A DNA stretch of 63,084 nt, the filler included, from Octopus bimaculoides (taxonomy: Eukaryota), in assembly GCF_001194135.2 (NCBI RefSeq). It is 4 parts of 3 records of this genome, joined end to end, with 100 filler letters (N's around TTAATTAATTAA, not from the genome) between each part and the next. Parts side by side here need not be neighbours in the genome. Positions count along the whole stretch, not along the records: positions 48,269 to 63,084 come from NC_068982.1; 3 more parts are not named here. One strand, given 5' to 3'. Numbering within the stretch: position 1 is the first letter of the stretch; each line of letters starts with the position of its first letter. Shown here piece after piece: positions 50,234-61,190 of the stretch. Position numbers and translations under genes: made by a program. The notes under the pieces are model-generated. The model had not been told where the DNA came from, did no database searches, and saw only the letters and a list, made by a program, of their open reading frames with translations.

Positions 50234-52783
50234 CTATTCGTTAACATATTGATTGGCAATAAGTCTGTAGAACCACATTTTGTCGAACATATTGTCAATA
50301 TATTTGGCAATGTCGTAAGTGTTGACTACAGCAACGCTTTCAATTACGTCTATGAGAGTGAGGTCGAAGATTGACATGGCAACAGCTTCAGTGATCTCAA
50401 CAGAAACAGTATCTGTAATACCTCGTATGATATTATCACAAATTCTTAGAGCTGTTTTTTCCGTAGGTTCCATAGCAACCACTTTACCAATTTCTTTCGT
50501 GACCGCAGTGCTTATCTCCATAATAACAGCTGTGCTAATTTGCAGTGATACTACTTTGCTGACTTCCAATGTGACAGATTTACATATTCCTATCGTAACG
50601 GCTCTACTGATTTCTTTAGCAACCGCTCTACTAATCTCCATTATTACGGCATTACTAATCAATAATGACACAGACCTAGTCATATCCACGATTTTGCGTC
50701 TCTCTGCATCACAGCTTTGAATAAAATTCTGTCCTACGGCTTTGCTGATCTCTGCTGTAACCGATAAACTGACTTGCATTGCAATATCTTTACTGATCTT
50801 GTTAGTTACTGCTTCGCTTATCTCTGAGGTAATGGCTTTACTAATGCCCTGTATGACGGCCTTAGCTATATCGATGGCAATGGCTTCACTGATCTCTTTG
50901 GTGACCATTTGACAGATTTCAAATGTCACACTTTTGCTTATGTTCTTGCAAAATGTTCTGTTGGACTCTTTGGAAACCGATTTCTTGATATTTGAACACA
51001 CCTGCCTGCAGATTTCTATAGGCACTACTTTGTTAATTTCTGAGGAAATAGCATTAATAATCTCACTCGTTGCCGCCTCTGTGATATCCATGTTAATTTC
51101 TTTATTCAATTCCAGTAACACACACTCTTCAAATCCCCTTAATACTGCGCTTCTGATTGTCATAATAATTTTATTGTTTAATACCCTATCCACGACTGAA
51201 GTGCTTTGGATATCAACGTTCTCAATTCGCTTAGTAATCACGTTGCTAATATTCAGGCTGATGGTGTTGCTGAGGTTCTTCAAAACTTCCAAACTAATAT
51301 CAATGGAGATTTCCTTCTTAATATCCATGGTAATGCTTTTGCTAATAACTTTGGACACACCTTTCCCAATGCGCGCTGTAACCTCCTTGCTAATAGTCAT
51401 TGAGAGGCGTTTGTCGCTCTCGATGGTAATTCCGTCTTTGATTCTTTCGGCTACGATGGTACCAGTGTCTTGCAATTCATCAAACTTGCTGAAGGCCATA
51501 GAAACAGCATTTTTAACTTCTCTCTCAACATCACTGCTAAAATCTAGTGATATAGTTTTACTAACGATGTCTGTTATAATGCCACTACTAATTACTTGTG
51601 TCAGGTCATTGCAGATGTCAATCACTAAATTCTCGCTCACACCCTTGGAAACTGCATTATTGATTTCTTGGTGAATGGTCCCATCTATCTCCATAGTTAC
51701 AGCTTTCATAATATGTTTGCTAACATAGTCGCTAATAATGTTATCAACTTCTATGTAGTAATTCTTGTCAGGACCGGGATTCTTGCTGATCTCCAAAGTC
51801 ACTGCTTTGTTCACTTCATCGGACATAGCCTGACTGATTTCTATAGTAACAGCGTCTATTATTTCTTTGTCAATAACCTCGCTGATATCAGCGGAAGCCT
51901 TTTTGCTAATTTTACTAATAACGTCTTTTGTGATCACCCGGGTCACAGTTTGACTGATATGCCTAGTTACTGCCATACCGATTTCGCTAGTAATAGCGTT
52001 GTTAATCTCTAAGGCAACAGCCTTGCTAATTTCCCGTGTGACCGCTTTGCAAACCTCTTTGATAACACTCGTAGGAATTTCAATATTCGCTGATTCACCA
52101 ATTTGTACTTCCATAGCTTTCCACATATTCTCTGATACAAGTTTGTTAATCTCCGTACCAATACATTTGCATATATAAACCATAACGGATTTGCTTATCC
52201 CACTGGTCACGGCTTTGCTAATCTGCATCGTAACTGCTTTATCAATCTCATTGGTTATGATGTTGCATACTTCTGTTGTAACAGCTTCACCAATTTTCAA
52301 AGCAACAACTTTACCAATCCCCATGGTAACGCATTTGCTTATCTCCAAAATCGCAGCATTTTTCAAATCGTGTGAGATCGGATAAATGTTCTTTCTTTTC
52401 ATAGCTTCGCTAATCTCAGTAGTAACAGCTGTGGTAATTTTTGATTTAATAGCTTCGTTAATGTCAATAGTTACAGATTTACGAATCTCTTTGGCGACGC
52501 TTTTACTGATCTGCAAAGTAAGAGATTTGTTAATCGCCAAAGCGATGAAATTTTGAATTTCTGTTGTAACAGATTTGCTAATCTTCGTGGAAACAGCTTT
52601 AGAAATGTTAAAACTGACAGCTTTGCTGTCAACCTCGAACTGTACAGCTTTTCTAACCTTCCTAGCAACAGCCTTACATATTTCCGTAGTAACAATTCTA
52701 CTGATTTCCATAGCAACAGTTCCACTGATATCCATGGTAACAGCTTTGCTGATCTGGATATTCTCAGCGTTACGGGTTTTCAT
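50234..52783 (-). CDS. uncharacterised 849-aa protein of about 100 degenerate octapeptide repeats (I-S-K-A-V-T-x-E)
   Basis: 2550 bp with no stop in AT-rich DNA; units ISKAVTMD/ISGTVAME/ISRIVTTE/ICKAVARK... keep Ile/Val at positions 1 and 5 while synonymous codons vary; no transposon motif; splice acceptor 160 nt upstream. Confidence 0.75.
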   Translation of the reverse strand: MKTRNAENIQISKAVTMDISGTVAMEISRIVTTEICKAVARKVRKAVQFEVDSKAVSFNISKAVSTKISKSVTTEIQNFIALAINKSLTLQISKSVAKEIRKSVTIDINEAIKSKITTAVTTEISEAMKRKNIYPISHDLKNAAILEISKCVTMGIGKVVALKIGEAVTTEVCNIITNEIDKAVTMQISKAVTSGISKSVMVYICKCIGTEINKLVSENMWKAMEVQIGESANIEIPTSVIKEVCKAVTREISKAVALEINNAITSEIGMAVTRHISQTVTRVITKDVISKISKKASADISEVIDKEIIDAVTIEISQAMSDEVNKAVTLEISKNPGPDKNYYIEVDNIISDYVSKHIMKAVTMEIDGTIHQEINNAVSKGVSENLVIDICNDLTQVISSGIITDIVSKTISLDFSSDVEREVKNAVSMAFSKFDELQDTGTIVAERIKDGITIESDKRLSMTISKEVTARIGKGVSKVISKSITMDIKKEISIDISLEVLKNLSNTISLNISNVITKRIENVDIQSTSVVDRVLNNKIIMTIRSAVLRGFEECVLLELNKEINMDITEAATSEIINAISSEINKVVPIEICRQVCSNIKKSVSKESNRTFCKNISKSVTFEICQMVTKEISEAIAIDIAKAVIQGISKAITSEISEAVTNKISKDIAMQVSLSVTAEISKAVGQNFIQSCDAERRKIVDMTRSVSLLISNAVIMEISRAVAKEISRAVTIGICKSVTLEVSKVVSLQISTAVIMEISTAVTKEIGKVVAMEPTEKTALRICDNIIRGITDTVSVEITEAVAMSIFDLTLIDVIESVAVVNTYDIAKYIDNMFDKMWFYRLIANQYVNE

Positions 52784-52943
52784 AGCTTAGCAGTTTTACT
52801 GCCCTTAAAAAGACAAAGATGACTTTCGCCGACGCTGTTCTTTTCCGCAGCTTCGCTGCAATCTATACAGTGAGACTTGGAAAACTTCAAAGCTCACCAT
52901 AGTAACGGCTTGCTTCGTTGCTATGACAATAGCATGGGGATTC

Positions 52944-52985
52944 CTTTAAACGTCAGAATAGAAAATAAAAGGACAAAAGCAAGAT
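52944..52985 (-). promoter_or_regulatory. candidate 3' splice site upstream of the octapeptide-repeat ORF
   Basis: Minus strand CTTGCTTTTGTCCTTTTATTTTCTATTCTGACGTTTAAAG|GAATCC: long pyrimidine tract ending in AG. Confidence 0.5.
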
Positions 52986-52997
52986 TACAAAATTTAA

Positions 52998-53035
<38 letters not shown>

Positions 53036-53462
53036 TACATACAAACATATTTACATACATACATACATACATANNNNNNNNNNNNNNNNNNNNNNNNNNN
53101 NNNNNNNNNNNNNNNNNNNNNNNNNNNNNNNNNNNNNNNNNNNNNNNNNNNNNNNNNNNNNNNNNNNNNNNNNNNNNNNNNNNNNNNNNNNNNNNNNNNN
53201 NNNNNNNNNNNNNNNNNNNNNNNNNNNNNNNNNNNNNNNNNNNNNNNNNNNNNNNNNNNNNNNNNNNNNNNNNNNNNNNNNNNNNNNNNNNNNNNNNNNN
53301 NNNNNNNNNNNNNNNNNNNNNNNNNNNNNNNNNNNNNNNNNNNNNNNNNNNNNNNNNNNNNNNNNNNNNNNNNNNNNNNNNNNNNNNNNNNNNNNNNNNN
53401 NNNNNNTTGTATACATACATACATGCATATATATAAATTTATCTCTGTAGTTTAAGCGCAGA

Positions 53463-55200
53463 GCTGTGGCCATGCTGGGGCACCGCCATTTATGATTTTG
53501 CTGATGTGTGAAGTCAGAAAGATAAGCCTATCATTTTTGGCATCTGCTCTGCTTCCTCCTTTATCGATTGGACATATTATTCCCTACTTCAGTTTGCTTG
53601 GCAACCTACCATTTGCGAGAAATCCCTGCAAGAGAATCTGTAGAGGTTTCTCCAGAGCACGATTACACGGTTTGAGGAGGATTGCTGGGAGACCATTCAC
53701 GGCCAGCAGTTGAGTTTTCCTCCACCTCATCTATGGCTAGGAGTAGATCTTCTTCGCTAATGTCGATGTAATCCATCGTAATTGCCTCACTGAGTATAGG
53801 TGAGTCGGCAAACAAAACCAACTGGTTCGTTCACTTTTGAACTGGTCATTTATTACCTCACTGATCCTGGCTGGACTATCTGTGACGGAGCCATCCTTTT
53901 GGAAGAGGGGTCCCATTTTGCAGCGTACTAAGGCTGTTTCTTTGGCATAATGAAAGAAGGCTATTGGCTTTTACTTAATGATTTTTTTGTTTTTTTTTTA
54001 ATAACCAAGGCTTCTTTGTCTGCTTTCTCCCTCAGATCGGATTCTTGCAGGCTTTTTTCAATCTCCATCAGTGTTGATTTTAGGCGGAACCATTCACTAC
54101 TTTTGGTTGGAGCGATTAGCAACCTTCGTCCTCGTCTCATGAGGACCTTCCTCTCCCTTGGAATCTTGTTCCTTTTTGTGTAGGCCTTGTGCTCTGGGAC
54201 ATATTTCTGGCATATGGTTTGCATAACAGACATGAAATATTCTAGTTTCATGCCAATGTCTGGTGTGGAGAGATATTTCGGCCAGTCTTGTATGAGGATC
54301 TCTTTTTGGATCAATTTCCAGTCTGCTTTGTAGAAGTTCACATTGGAAAGTTTCTGGGTGCTGCCTTTAGGCTGTATGCCACTGGCTACTTTTGATCCAT
54401 ACATAGATAGCTCTATTATGTTATGATCCGAAACTAATGTCGGTGTCACTTTCACATCATGAACGATGTCCATATAGTTTGTGAGGCAGAGATCCAAAAT
54501 GTTATTCGCCCTAGTTGGTCTGAGTACAACTTGCTCCATGAATAAGGCATTGGTGAGGTTGAGCAGGGACTCCACCTGTGCTTGTTTGCAATGAGCCATT
54601 CCTGAGAGCACGAGGCCTTCGGGCTATTTGACATTGGGGAAGTAGAAATCACCCATAAGAAATACGCTCACGTGGTGTTACCGTTTTATGAGGATTTCTT
54701 TAGTTCTTATGAGGCAGTCTTCAAACTTGCTTATGTGGTTTGGAACATCCGGTGGGCGATGTGTATTGCATATGACTATATTGTGTTGTCCTATGCATAC
54801 AATTATAGTGTCACATACTGAATTTGAGTATGACAGTAAGACCTGGAGTGTAAGGTCTTCACGGATGAATACAGCAACTCCACCATGGCTCCTTTCCCTT
54901 CTGTCTGTACGCAGTATGGTATTTTGGTACGTGTACTTCTGCATCCTCTATATCAGGGCTCAGATGAGTTTCCTCGATTTCTATGAAAAGGGATTAATTG
55001 CATGCAGCAATGTCTCTCGGGAAAAAAGTTTTGCTTTTATTGTTGTGATGCAACAGGCCCCCAACATTTAGTTAAAATATTGGCGTGATGACTGTGCAGG
55101 CGTTAGGGGAGACCATCCCAATTCTGTTGATTGTGCTGGTCTTGTGCAGTGGTAGGCAAGGTTCCTTATTTGAGCTTGATGTTTGCGCTTGGTTACACCT
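53463..55200 (-). mobile_element. CR1/L2-type LINE copy 1: endonuclease and linker, RT deleted, 3' tail kept
   Basis: RTDRRERSHGGVAVFI, HRPPD, DF.FPN, PTRANNILDLCLTN, SDHNIIE (APE endonuclease); ends at GIICPIDKGGSRADAKN.RLI.LTSHISK, then directly GGCGGTGCCCCAGCATGGCCACAG. Confidence 0.88.
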
Positions 55201-55339
55201 TTTTCTCTGACGAGTGGACGTATTACCTAATAATGATTATCAATTTTAGATTTTATTTAGAAAGGGAATACATTCATGAAACGATCCTAAGATATTTCAA
55301 GTTTTTAAATAATCATACTTTATATATTTATATATTTAT

Positions 55340-56960
55340 CTATTGGTACAATATTATTTTGGACGTATATCTTGTGTGCCTGAAATTTCATAGCATTGAA
55401 CTGCATGTTATTTTTTGTTAGCCCATTTGTATATTCCATTCAGATCTTTCTGTAGTTTTACTATATCTTCTGGGTTCCTAACTGCCTGCGATACTTTTGT
55501 GTCATCAGCATAACTGGTCAGATTGGATGACGATACCGCAGAGGGCATGTCTGAGAGGGTCACCACAAATAGTAGTGGTCGCATTACAGTTCCCTGTGGG
55601 ACTCCGCTGAGAACTTGTCTCTTTTGAGTGAGCACCATTGGCTACAACTGTCTGAATCCTGTCCTTCAGAAAGTCATGCAGCCAATCTCCCAGTTTCCCA
55701 GTAATACCAAGGTTTCGCAGCTTGTTACATATCGTGTGATGATCAACCTTGTCGAAGGCCTGGGCAAAGTCGAGGTATATTACATCTACAATTGAATGGT
55801 TTAGCTGTTGTTCCTCTATCAAGTGGGATTTCACACTGAAATTGAGGTGTTTGTTTAAACGATTCGAGATATTTATTCTCCGCTGCATGAGTATTCTCCT
55901 GTTTCGGGAATGATGTTTTTGTGTGTATTAGCTCTCTTCTCTGGGGCATATTTACATGATATGAATTTATTGGAGTATCTCTTTTTCAAGTGACTTTCAG
56001 TCGGCCTTCTAGAAATTTAGGTAGGATAAGTTTTGAGTGCCACCTGTGCGGGGGTTATCTTTAGTTAATTCCGGATCATACATTGTCAGTTCTATAATGT
56101 TATGGTCTGAGAATATTGTCGGTGATATATTTACGTAATGGATAATTCCCACTTTGTTTGTAAAACACAGGTCCAGGATATTTTTGTACCTGACTAGAGA
56201 GAGTATGATCTGCTCTATGAATAGTATTTTCGTAAGATCAAGTAGAGATTCTGCTTGATTTCGCTCCTTGTGCGTCATTCCTGAGGTTATGTTGCCCCCA
56301 GACCACCTGATTGTGGGGACGTTGAAGTCACTCATCAGGAATATAGTAGTACGTTGATCCAACTGTGTTAGTACTTCCTTTATCGCAGTGAGGCTTTCCT
56401 CAAGTTTTCCATCAGGATTTGAGGCATCAGGCGGGCGATATAGTGTGAATATCACTATATCAACTTGTTTTAGATGTACTATGAGTGTGTCACACACCGA
56501 GTTCGAGTTCGATAACAGGGTTAATGCTGTGACATCTTCTCAGATGTACATTGCAACTCCACCATGACTTCTTTATCTTCTGTCAGTACGGAAGATAGTA
56601 TACATTGGTATGTGCATCTCCGCATCATGTATGTCTGCAGATAGGTGTATTTCTGTAAGAGCAATGCATGCAGAAAGATTCTTCAGGTGAACAATTTTGA
56701 ATTTCCTGTTGTTCTGTAGCAGACCTCTTACATTTATTAGTAGAAATGGCATTGGTGTTAGTGTGCTGGGTGGCTTGGTGGCAGTGGTGGCCAACCGGAG
56801 TACATCAATTGTGGTGGTGCGTGGGTACATAGATCAGCTTTGTTTGTAGCCAAGATTACCGTTGCACTATTTCCTGTGCCATACTTAAAAAATGTCGTTG
56901 CTCAACCGTTGCAGCTTGTACTGCATCTGCATATGACTTCTGCCTGGCCTTCATATATAT
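55340..56960 (-). mobile_element. CR1/L2-type LINE copy 2: ORF1 end, endonuclease, partial RT (internally deleted, 3'-truncated)
   Basis: IALTEIHL, FRTDRR, LYRPPD, SDFNVP, NILDLCFTN, SDHNIIE; YLDFAQAFDKVDH, SGVPQGTVMRPLLF, SYADDTK, NMQFNAMKFQ; multiple frameshifts. Confidence 0.92.
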
Positions 56961-57084
56961 ATATAAAGTAACAAACTGAGCAACAGAAATACTTCAAAGG
57001 GGTGCGTTATATATACAGTTCACTGGTATGTCAGTTGAATACCATATAAATATTCGTATAATGCAATAGTAAACTTAAATTAGA

Positions 57085-58033
57085 AAGATACTACCGACAA
57101 TCCAATAAAACAAGATGACGTCACAAGCTTACAGCGGGACCTGAATTCAACATACAAGCGGGCCGAAATAAATAACATGGAGTTTAATGCTGGAAAATTT
57201 CAAGCACTGTACTATCAACACACGAATACTGTACAGGCTGCATATACAGGACCCGAAGGCATTACAATCCCAGAGTCACAGACACTGAAAGACTTGGGGA
57301 TCAGTATGTGCAATGGTGGTCATTTTTTTATGCACATTAGCAAGATGGCAGCAAAGTGAAGACAAAAGGCAGGACAAGAGACGAAGAAACTTTGGTGAAT
57401 ATGTGGAGAACCTTTGTTCTCAGCCGCCTGGACTACTGCTCCCAGTTATGGGCACCGCATAGTGCCAAACTAACAGCAGAGCTTGAAGCAGTTCAACGCC
57501 ACTACACTAAAAAGCTTGAAACAGTGCAGCGGATGAGCTACAGAGATAGGTTGAGAAAACAATTGCTTTACTCCCTGGAGCGAAGGTGTGACAGATGTGC
57601 AATAATACATATATGGAAATTCCTAGAAGGGCTAATACCTAACTTCGGCATTGAGTGTTATACAAATGTCAGAACTGGCCGCCATTGTATTATAACAAAG
57701 GTACTATCTGCTCAATCTACATTCAGGACCATGTACTGCAATAGTCTAGGGTTTAAAAGCCCACAGCTCTTCAATGCTCTGCCACAAAAATTAAGAAATC
57801 TGCATAACGCGGAAGTAGATGTCGTCAAAAAGGAACTAGACACCTTCCCCTCCACAATACCGGATGAACTAACAGCCCCACATGAGGTGCAGACGGAGGC
57901 AGCGGAAGCAAACTCCCTTATACTCAATATGGACCAACAGCTGAGACAAAGGCACACACAGGATTAGTGATGCGAACCTCGGCAGAACTTAGGAAATCAG
58001 AAAGACCATGGTGGTGCTCCAGCATGATCACAG
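57085..58033 (+). mobile_element. CR1/L2-type LINE copy 3: 5'-truncated 3' end with tail
   Basis: LQRDLN..NNMEFNAGKFQ, FVLSRLDYCSQLWAP, LEAVQR.YTK, LYSLERR, PQLFNALPQKLRN, K.ELDTF...IPDE; ends GGTGGTGCTCCAGCATGATCACAG then microsatellite. Confidence 0.92.
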
Positions 58034-58044
58034 TGTGTGCGTAC

Positions 58045-58092
<48 letters not shown>

Positions 58093-58785
58093 NNNNNNNN
58101 NNNNNNNNNNNNNNNNNNNNNNNNNNNNNNNNNNNNNNNNNNNNNNNNNNNNNNNNNNNNNNNNNNNNNNNNNNNNNNNNNNNNNNNNNNNNNNNNNNNN
58201 NNNNNNNNNNNNNNNNNNNNNNNNNNNNNNNNNNNNNNNNNNNNNNNNNNNNNNNNNNNNNNNNNNNNNNNNNNNNNNNNNNNNNNNNNNNNNNNNNNNN
58301 NNNNNNNNNNNNNNNNNNNNNNNNNNNNNNNNNNNNNNNNNNNNNNNNNNNNNNNNNNNNNNNNNNNNNNNNNNNNNNNNNNNNNNNNNNNNNNNNNNNN
58401 NNNNNNNNNNNNNNNNNNNNNNNNNNNNNNNNNNNNNNNNNNNNNNNNNNNNNNNNNNNNNNNNNNNNNNNNNNNNNNNNNNNNNNNNNNNNNNNNNNNN
58501 NNNNNNNNNNNNNNNNNNNNNNNNNNNNNNNNNNNNNNNNNNNNNNNNNNNNNNNNNNNNNNNNNNNNNNNNNNNNNNNNNNNNNNNNNNNNNNNNNNNN
58601 NNNNNNNNNNNNNNNNNNNNNNNNNNNNNNNNNNNNNNNNNNNNNNNNNNNNNNNNNNNNNNNNNNNNNNNNNNNNNNNNNNNNNNNNNNNNNNNNNNNN
58701 NNNNNNNNGACTATGTTATTTTGCCAACATGGTTTACATATAGAAGTACAAAGTACATAAGGAATTAGAGGATGAACAGAAGTTT

Positions 58786-58914
58786 AATCTTACAGCTGTT
58801 TCGGCCTAGTTTTAGCAAGCCCCATTCTATCCGAATATTCCTTTCCGGAGTGATTATCGGATGACATTTTGAAATGGGGTTACATGCCCGAACCTCTAGG
58901 CCTCTTCAGAGATT
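58786..58914 (-). ncRNA. type-I hammerhead ribozyme with long structured helix-II extension
   Basis: Minus strand: AATCT-CTGAAGA-GGCCTAG-[86 nt]-CTAGGCC-GAAA-CAGCTG-TA-AGATT. Canonical core, 5-bp helix I, 7-bp helix II, palindromic helix III, GUA cleavage triplet; insert folds further (CCCCATT/AATGGGG, ATCCGA/TCGGAT). Confidence 0.75.
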
Positions 58915-59089
58915 CACAAAGGGTTACATATAAATGTAGAGCAAGAGGTAAAAACAGAGGTGTGGTAGAGACCAGAAGAAAAATAACAGCAAAAATAAGA
59001 TAGAAATAAAAATAAAAAAATAAAAAATAAAATTGAAATCAAAATATAAATAAAAATAAAAATAAAAATAAGGGTACAGCAGGAAAAAA

Positions 59090-59123
<34 letters not shown>

Positions 59124-60044
59124 GAATATATAAATGAAGGTATAGCATGTGGGACATGCAAAAATATAGAAAAGATATGTGTCAAAAACCCTTAAAAATA
59201 CAAGGCACCCAAAAAGCCTACAAACATCATAGATAGGTCGCTATAGGCACTCCAATGCACATCTATATGTGTGGGTTCGTGTGCACAGTCTTACTCGGAT
59301 GTCCCCTTACTCTCATGTGTGCATATACAAGTTTTTATAAGCAAACATTCCACCACATACGTTGTTTGTGGTATCAGCTCTATTAGCCGTATCTAGGAAG
59401 CTGTAAGTGTTTTTTAGAAAGGAAGTTTTGTTGAGTGTGTGTGTTATTTCTGTATATATTGGAAGGTTCTATGTAGAAGTTCATTTTATACAAGTTATTA
59501 ATGTTCTAGTAGCAATAACAGTGATAGTGACGATGATGGTGACAACAACAACNNNNNNNNNNNNNNNNNNNNNNNNNNNNNNNNNNNNNNNNNNNNNNNN
59601 NNNNNNNNNNNNNNNNNNNNNNNNNNNNNNNNNNNNNNNNNNNNNNNNNNNNNNNNCCCCCCCCCCCCTACACACATACATATATATTTGTTGTTTGTAT
59701 TTGTAATTGTGTACAATGTTCTTCATTTTTCGTCTTTTTCTGTACCATGTTCTCCGTTTATTTGCGTTTGTTGCCGTACACATTCGCTAGCTTTAAAACG
59801 AAGGGTTCTAATATTCTTAGCTTAAACCTTTTTTTTTTTTTGTGTGGTGGGGGACACCAGATTGAACCCTCTCAAGTGTAACTGCCCGAAACGGTCATGA
59901 CCTCTGGGACTTGACTGAGGAACGAAGGCCACGAATGACCCCTCTGTTTTTTTACTGTCTTTCTAATTGTTGTTTCTCTTGTCCACCTTGTATCATCTAT
60001 CTGTCCGAATGCATTATTGTACTCTATTGCGTTTTGTTGCATAT

Positions 60045-60090
60045 ATATAGAGAGAGAGAGAGAGAGTGAGAGAGAGGAGAGATAGGTAGG

Positions 60091-60156
<66 letters not shown>

Positions 60157-60168
60157 TAGATAGATAGT

Positions 60169-60220
<52 letters not shown>

Positions 60221-60240
60221 GAAGATGGATAGTTAGATAG
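60045..60240. repeat. compound (GA)n/(GATA)n microsatellite
   Basis: Direct reading. Confidence 0.95.
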
Positions 60241-61157
60241 ATGCAGATACAAAACATGCATAAATACATGTGTATGAGTGTGTACATGTGCCGTTCATAA
60301 AGATCTTTCTATCTGTTCACGGCCAGCCCACGTGTGTTACCAATATTAGATACAAGACTTTTTAAGTGGACAAGTAAAGGAGTTTCTGAAATTATAGGTT
60401 TCTTCGTGCTTTGTGTTCGCGGTCATAATGAGCGACCTAGGAGAATATATAAGTGTGTGTGCGCTTGTGTTCGTGAGTGTGTGTCTGTCTGCACGTGCGT
60501 GCGTGTGTCTGTCACTGCACGTGCGTGCATGTGTTTGTGTGCGCGCAAGTATGTATAAATATATGCAAATTCATACACATATGAAGCCATATATGCGTGC
60601 ACACACATATAGGTGCATAAACGAGTTGATGCACGGCCATTTACCCATAACACACACATGCACATACACACACACACACACATACGCACACACAGATACA
60701 GACACACACACATACATGGACATACACATGTCTTGCCTTTATTTCCCAGAATTGCAAATGTGTTTTATACAAAATAGGAAACTTCAAATATAATTCGGAA
60801 AATTCGGAAAATGTTAGAGGTTAATGGAATTTTTCAACTGGAATGGCATTTCTGTCTTATGGACTGAAATTAAAGTTTGAAATCAAACGATAAATAAAAG
60901 ATAAAACATCTTGTGGATATTGCACAGAAAATTATATATTTTTTGTTTTTTACATTTTGGCAAAGTTAAAGTAAAGAGAGGCATCACATAAGTTATCAAT
61001 ATATATTTTAGTCCTCTCCCCGCTTTATTCCTTTTCTCGTATCTCGATAGTATCTTTACATGATACTGCATGGACAGCTAAAACAATCAGTGAGAAGCCG
61101 TAGTAAATGGTACTGCATTACACTCGTTTGTCTATATGTTATACCAAATCATCCAAG

Positions 61158-61190
<33 letters not shown>

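Noticed and set aside
50319-52822. Plus-strand ORFs (133, 246, 114 aa etc.) overlapping the 849-aa ORF
   Set aside because: Antisense shadows of a biased repeat-coding strand; broken by stops while the minus frame is continuous.
55203-55292. CTGACGA-GTGGA...TTCAT-GAAA-CGATC hammerhead-like layout
   Set aside because: Helix II depends on G-U pairs and the first two helix I pairs mismatch; at best a decayed copy.
59780-59900. GAAGGGTTC...GAACCCT...CCCGAAACGGTC
   Set aside because: CUGANGA core is absent (AAAACGA) and the helix does not abut GAAA.
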